Below, piece by piece: positions 58,700 through 64,000 of a stretch of DNA of 64,000 bases. Source of the stretch: Cyanophora paradoxa CCMP329 (taxonomy: Eukaryota > Plantae > Glaucophyta); the NCBI GenBank assembly GCA_004431415.1, contig QPMI01000556.1, positions 1-64,000 on the forward strand, written 5' to 3'. The position numbers and the translations under genes were made by a program. The notes beneath the pieces were generated by a model, which worked only from the letters and a program-made list of their open reading frames with translations, searched no databases and was not told the origin of the DNA. Each line of letters begins with the position of its first letter. Positions within the stretch are counted from its first letter, which is position 1.

Positions 58700-58790
58700 T
58701 GTTATTTTATAGGTTATTTTATAGGTTATTTTATAGGTTATTTTATATGTTATTTTATATGTTATTTAATATGTTATTTAATATGTTATG
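58700..58790. repeat. 12-bp tandem repeat (gttattttatag-like) x~7
   Basis: Seen directly. Confidence 0.9.
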
Positions 58791-59032
58791 GATAATGTTG
58801 GGGGTATAGTGTATCTGTTATGGATAATGTTGATAAGTTTCGTCGAAGTTTCGGTATTTCGATTGTCGGCATCTTCAAACGCTCGTATCTCATTACCAGA
58901 TTACGAACTCGCAACGTTCTGCATAGCGTTGTGAAGCGCTTGATAAGCTCTACAAGACTATGTGTATATCATGGGCATATATGTATATCAGTCATACATA
59001 TATTTGGAAAAAACGAGTTTTCGGCTATGAAA

Positions 59033-60417
59033 CTAGCTAGTTTTGGTCCTTTCTCTTAGTGTTCTTTGAGGTTTAGGGGCTGTATATGACTCCTTAGTAG
59101 TCTGAAAGTCATTATACCATCTCTGGCTATTTACTTCAGAAAGTTTCTGTGTCCCTGCTATAGTGAGCTTTTTGAGTTCCCTGTTAACTTTCCCAGTCTT
59201 CTCCTTTCTAGCCTCTATCAAAGGCTTATCTGGGACTTCATTAGCAGCTTCTATGCCTTCTCTCCTTATAGCAGCATCAGCCCTGGCTTCCTCTTTAGCT
59301 TGCTCCAAGGCATCCACTGTAGGGGTTTCTAGATATTCAACTGCATTCACAGGCAACAGCTCATGGAAAGCAAACCTGTTTTCTATGATCTCACCAGTGG
59401 GACTCCTTAGCTTAAACTTAAAGCCTTCCCTACTATCAACAGTGTAAACCATCCTAGACCAATTGTTACCCTGTTTAGCAAAGGGGTTCTTCTCAACTTT
59501 CACTCTAACAAACATGCCAGGCTGCATGGTATCAAGGTAAGCTATTGATTTCTTGAATCTTTCATCTTCTAATCCCACTATATACCTATAATGCTCCTCT
59601 GTAGTTTCGCCTGGCTTCATCTTAGTAGCTGAGTGAACTGTATTATTGTAATTATACTCAATATCACCTAACACATCAAAGAATCTAGCTGTGTTATTAG
59701 CTATGCAATAGTTTGTGATCAGTCTCTTAATCTGCTTGTTAAAGGCTTCAATTCGACCTTGGCTTCTATGGTCAGCAGTTCCACTCACTTGGTGTTCTAT
59801 GAATTTACTAGATAAATACTCCTGGAATATTCGATTTTGGAATTCACTCCCAGCATCTGATTGAACTTTTACTATGGGTCTTGCCACTCTCATTTCAAGC
59901 TGTTTAAATGCAGCTAATGTAGTGAGAGCTGATTTATCCTTATAGGTATGATATACCCAGTTCTCAGTGTAGATTCCATTGCAGTCATAAAGGTATCATA
60001 GCCATTGTTTTGTTTCTTATAAGCTGGGAAAAAGAGCAAATCAATCACATAGGTATCAAGGGGTTGCCTAATTGGGACCATGGGATCTCTCTTCCTAGAT
60101 ATAGCAGGTGCATTGATCTGAACAACTTCTTGTTTTTTATAGAACTCTTGCAACTGCTTATAGGATTCATCAGGTAACTCAGCCCTCATAGCTTGAAGCC
60201 CTTTGTAACCAGTTCTCACATCATAGAATCTCTTGGCAATCTTGCTGGTTTCTTTCACTGCAATAGCAACTGGGATCTCTACTGGGACAAGCTCTTTCAT
60301 CTCTGACTTTTTTACAATTCGAGATTCTCCCTTTTCCTCCTTGGGAACTGTGATAGGCAGTAGGTTACCTTGTAGTTGCTCAGTGGTTCTCCTAACTATT
60401 CTTCCAGTTGCTGGCAT
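59033..60417 (-). CDS. Polinton rve (DDE) integrase; single frameshift near 59940
   Basis: FYDVRTGYKG; YVIDLL (D1); KQNNGY; IPI(KDKS); QSDAGSEF (D2); GRIEAFNKQIK (E); YNNTVHSATKMKP; no obvious C-terminal chromodomain. Confidence 0.93.
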
Positions 60418-60420
60418 CTC

Positions 60421-63400
60421 TTAATTAAAAGGAACAGAATTAATACCATCTGGTAAGATGTATCTCTTTGCATCAAAGCAGTTTAGGGCAACCCTTTTAC
60501 TCACAGTGTCTATTATTGTGTGATCTGCCCTTCTTTTCTGCTTTGCAGTCACAGTCTTGCTGATACCTGCAAATAAACACTGTTTAAAATCATTAAATTG
60601 GAGTTCCTCAGTTGAAGTCCCAGAGAGCTTACTCCTCTCAATCTCAGCAGTTCTGAAACTGTAAACTTTAGCTCTCAGACCCACATACTCCAATATAGCA
60701 GAGCCAGGCATTTCATTTTTGTATTTACCTGGGGTCATTCTGGAATCACCTCCAAGGTCTAATGCATAGGATATATTCTCTATATCTTTTTGTAGGGTCT
60801 TAGATTCGATATATAGACAAAAGGAGTCAGTATCATGGAATAGTAACTTTGCTTTTGTCCATTGGGACCTTACAGTATCATAGAAGAACTTGTAGTTATG
60901 CAGTTTGGCTGCATCCAGAACATAAGCCCCAATAGCAACTGGCTTATCTAGCTTCACATGCTTTGTGTAAAACTCAAAGGCAACTGCTTTTTCGTTTATG
61001 GGACTTGTTGATTTCACCAATGGGGAGGCTGCATATTTCATAAACAGTTTCTCACTGTTTGCAATCTTAACCACAGATCTACCTCTGCAAGATTCAATGC
61101 ATTTCCCATAGATTGAGTTATTCATGAGTTTATAGAAATCAGCCTCGAATTTATTCACTGCTTTCCTTCTCATCTCAGTATTCAGCTCAATGTAGGGTTT
61201 CATTACAGGAGCCACAGTAAATGATAGGACCCTGTGAACCTTCTTTAGTTTCACCCCTTTGTCCAACAGATACTGTAGAAGAGGCTCAGAAATCACATAG
61301 TTGGTCACAGAACCAAAGGTTGCAGTTAGCTTAGGGGTCTTATCAAGCTCTTCTCCTGAGAGATCTAATAGGCTCTTTTGCTATTGTGATAATTCTGCAT
61401 ATTCTACTATTTTCTTGTTAATAATTAGGGGGAAATCACTGTGGTCTAGATATAGCCTAATTGGGTAATCCAGATCAACTTCCAGGAAACTGGATCTGTT
61501 ATCTTGTGGGTTGAATTCGGTCTCCCATCTAAAATCACCAACTGGGATTGGCTGACTCAAACAGTAGCCATACAAGTTGTTAGCATCAAACAGCATTATA
61601 TGGGAGTTCTCACCATCAGCCTCAGCATACCTACAAGGCATTGTTGCAAAGCCACCCCTGATTCCCCTCTCAACAAATTCGTATTGCTCTACATCACTTA
61701 TAAGCTCTATTTTGCCTTGGTGTCCTAAGCATAGCATCCCAAGATAACCCAGGTGCAGATACATAATGAACTGGGTCCAATCCATATACTGAGTGTGAAA
61801 GCCTTCTGAAAGCCTGGAATTTGCTCATTAACTCATCTACATCAGCAGCCCCAAAGTCCATAAAATTACTTGCATCAATGAACTTGTAAAGACCCCATTG
61901 CAATGAAAGGTATTGATCAAAGTTTTTCGAAAGGATTTCGATTCGCTTTTTATCACCCATGCCTGCTATTTTTCTGAAAATGAATGTCCCACAGTCATCC
62001 ATTTGGTCAACAACCACTGCTACTTTTGTTTGCTTTGAGATTCTCCTATGGAGATTGCAGTTTCTGCATGCAGGTGCAATGTAATTACCTGTGTGGTGAT
62101 CATGATCCCTGCATTTGAAGTTTTCCTTGGTGAACCTCTCACTGCAAAGGTAACAGTGTTTGGTAGCTCTGTAAATAGCCTTTTGCTCATCTGTGAGTTC
62201 ATTCATGGAATATTGGTGAACAGGAAATCGATTAGCTCTCTTGCTTTGGACTCCAAGCATTCAAACAGACCTCCCATTGGATCCTGACCCTCAAATCGAA
62301 ACTCCTGAACATCTGCCCCAGTGACTATTCTAATGTTGACTGCTGAGACTTCCCTCTTGGATTTCGATGCATCAATGGGATGCTTCTATGTTCAATCTTG
62401 CAGTAAACCACAACAGGAAGCCAGACAGTTTTCCTGAGGTTTTTCAGTCCAAACTCTATTGTGGTGTCAGGCTTAGGGTGATTCCCTTTGAGAGTCTCCA
62501 ATCAATGCATCTGTTTGAGTCCACATGAGCAGTGAGTTTAGCCTCAGACCTGAATCGAGATAAGCATGTATCACAGTAGTGTAACTTTTGATCCTTGGTT
62601 TTATCAAGGGCAACTCTGAGAAGTCTTGAAAGGACATGATAGTAATATAGTGACCATTCCCTTCATCATCATGAATGAGCATTAGATTAATCTTTTGCTT
62701 TCTGCCTGGGTTGCTGGATTGATGTAGGGATATATAACATCTCCATCCATTCCAAATATGTTTATGCTGATGCCTGCATTTTGAGATTCGAATTTATCAA
62801 TGATTTCAGCATCACAAGGAACAGGGAATGGGATATTGTCGAAATTGAGAGCCAAAGGATTGTATGTGGTTGGTGAGTATTTCCATTTGCGATATTGTGT
62901 AAGCTCACTTCTCTTGTGGGAATTTACATCTTTCCTATGGATCCATGCCAAAATGGCATTTTCAAAGCAAGAATCATCAATATTTCGAATATTCACTGTG
63001 GCTCTCTTGGCTGCAATTGATTCTGGTGTTTTAACATAGCAGCCACCAGTTGGGCATAACTCATAATAGCAACTCTTAGCATTTCGATTCTCTCCAATCG
63101 ATAGCTATCAACAACATTCATCTGTTCCTGACACATTTGGGCTGCTTTATTCAGCTCAGTTCGAATATTTCTCGATTTGGTTAATACAAAATAATCGCTG
63201 TAAATGTATTTCGATATCCAAACCTGTGGATTGCTGACTTTTACGAACTTGCAGATAAACGACAAGCGAACTTTGATTGCCCTGAATTGATCCAGACTAT
63301 CTCTTAAACGTTTTGGTAGAGAGGTTGCAATTCTATCTAAATATTCAATCACATCTACCACAACTTCCCTTCTGGCTCTGTATGTGAGCCAGCGATATAA

Positions 63401-63618
63401 TTCATTCATGGCTGTTCCATCTTCTGCCTCTGGTTCTATTTGCCTCAGGCGATCGAGTTCATCAAGAGTCTCAACTTTGTCATAGAGGTTATTGGCTTTT
63501 CTGGTTAATTTTGCTAAAGTGGGTCTGCCCTTGAAATAAATCCGATTTCCGGTCATATTCAGCCTCTGTGATTTCATGGGCTGCATACAGTGTTCCCAGT
63601 AATCCCATAAGTTCCCAT
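60421..63618 (-). CDS. Protein-primed family B DNA polymerase (terminal-protein-like / vOTU protease / degenerate exonuclease with Endo VII insert / polymerase); several frameshifts; start approximate
   Basis: NIRNIDDSCF...GHYITI; CYLC...RDHDHHTGNYIAPACRNCNL; YGLDPVHYVSAPGLSWDAML; RGIRGG; FDANNLYG; KLMNNSIYGK; HDTDSF; GLRAKVYS; ALNCFDAKRY. Confidence 0.95.
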
Positions 63619-63764
63619 TTCTTCTCTCTAATGAGTCTGTTGCTAATTCGGGGCATAGTTCCTAACTTGTTCCTACTAAAAGGGAGGTTTTAAATGGGGA
63701 ATTCTGAACACAAAATTTGATGAAAACTACTTAAAGAAATATCTTCTATATATATAAAAGGACA

Positions 63765-64000
63765 ATGGCAGAGAAGAAATCGTATTGCCTGGAAAAGCTC
63801 AAAGCGGCTTTAATGTTGCTTTGTGGATCTGATAACTTCAATGATTATGTTGCTCTTGGAAGTAACAGGAAACCGCTCCCTCTTTGGGCAAAGCTTGCAA
63901 AATATGGATTAAGTGACTATGACCTGCCTCCAGAGTCTGAGCATTGCGCCTGTGATCATCCAATTAAAGAGCAATGCTATATTCTGCATGTTAATAAAAA
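63765..64000 (+). CDS. Hypothetical viral protein with Cys/His motif, truncated by window end
   Basis: Open frame MAEKKSYCLEKLK...EHCACDHPIKEQCYILHVNK; divergent from pPolB; TATATATAAAAG upstream. Confidence 0.6.
   Translation, partial: MAEKKSYCLEKLKAALMLLCGSDNFNDYVALGSNRKPLPLWAKLAKYGLSDYDLPPESEHCACDHPIKEQCYILHVNK

Larger units (their letters stand above)
57536..64000. mobile_element. Polinton/Maverick endogenous virus (partial; left boundary approximate, continues past window)
   Basis: Abrupt shift to AT-rich intronless DNA; rve integrase adjacent to a protein-primed PolB. Confidence 0.9.

Noticed and set aside
59033-63618. Programmed frameshifting or pseudogenisation in integrase and pPolB
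   Set aside because: Breaks look like single-base losses in short runs without accumulated nonsense substitutions, the same error type seen across the window; probably consensus error, though not provable here.

Overview
This is eukaryotic (protist/algal) nuclear DNA. A very GC-rich, intron-dense host gene block lies between two different endogenous DNA-virus-like elements. (1) Bases ~1-13.7 kb are an intronless, indel-riddled Polinton-like-virus/virophage-type region. It carries a probable penton fragment, a coiled-coil protein, a fibre with a C-terminal Peptidase_S74 chaperone, an FN3 + glycine-rich protein, two paralogous beta-rich ORFs and (GGGACTT)n arrays. (2) Bases 13.7-19.1 kb are a rearranged spacer with a circularly permuted duplication, extra copies of the Ku80 last exon and a 137-bp higher-order satellite. 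(3) The host genes are Ku80, an SLC35B3/PAPST2-like transporter, an unknown gene, a plastid-targeted SulP/SLC26-STAS transporter and an ADCY10/sAC-like cyclase-STAND gene. The SulP + cyclase block is tandemly duplicated (~13.6 kb). About one third to one half of the introns I could reconstruct use GC donors, and catalytic residues of the cyclase sit on 4-, 9- and 15-nt microexons. The 'MSAF...' transit peptide suggests a glaucophyte-like host (inference). (4) Bases ~57.3-64 kb are an AT-rich Polinton/Maverick with an rve integrase and a pPolB that has a vOTU domain, an Endo VII insert and an apparently dead exonuclease. The most striking signal: this Polinton has no GTAC and almost no CpG outside TCG/CGA contexts, while host DNA and the satellite are rich in both. 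This hints at an uncharacterised GTAC/CpG-context DNA-marking or restriction system. All counts and splice models were made by eye, and many 1-bp indels are probably long-read consensus errors.
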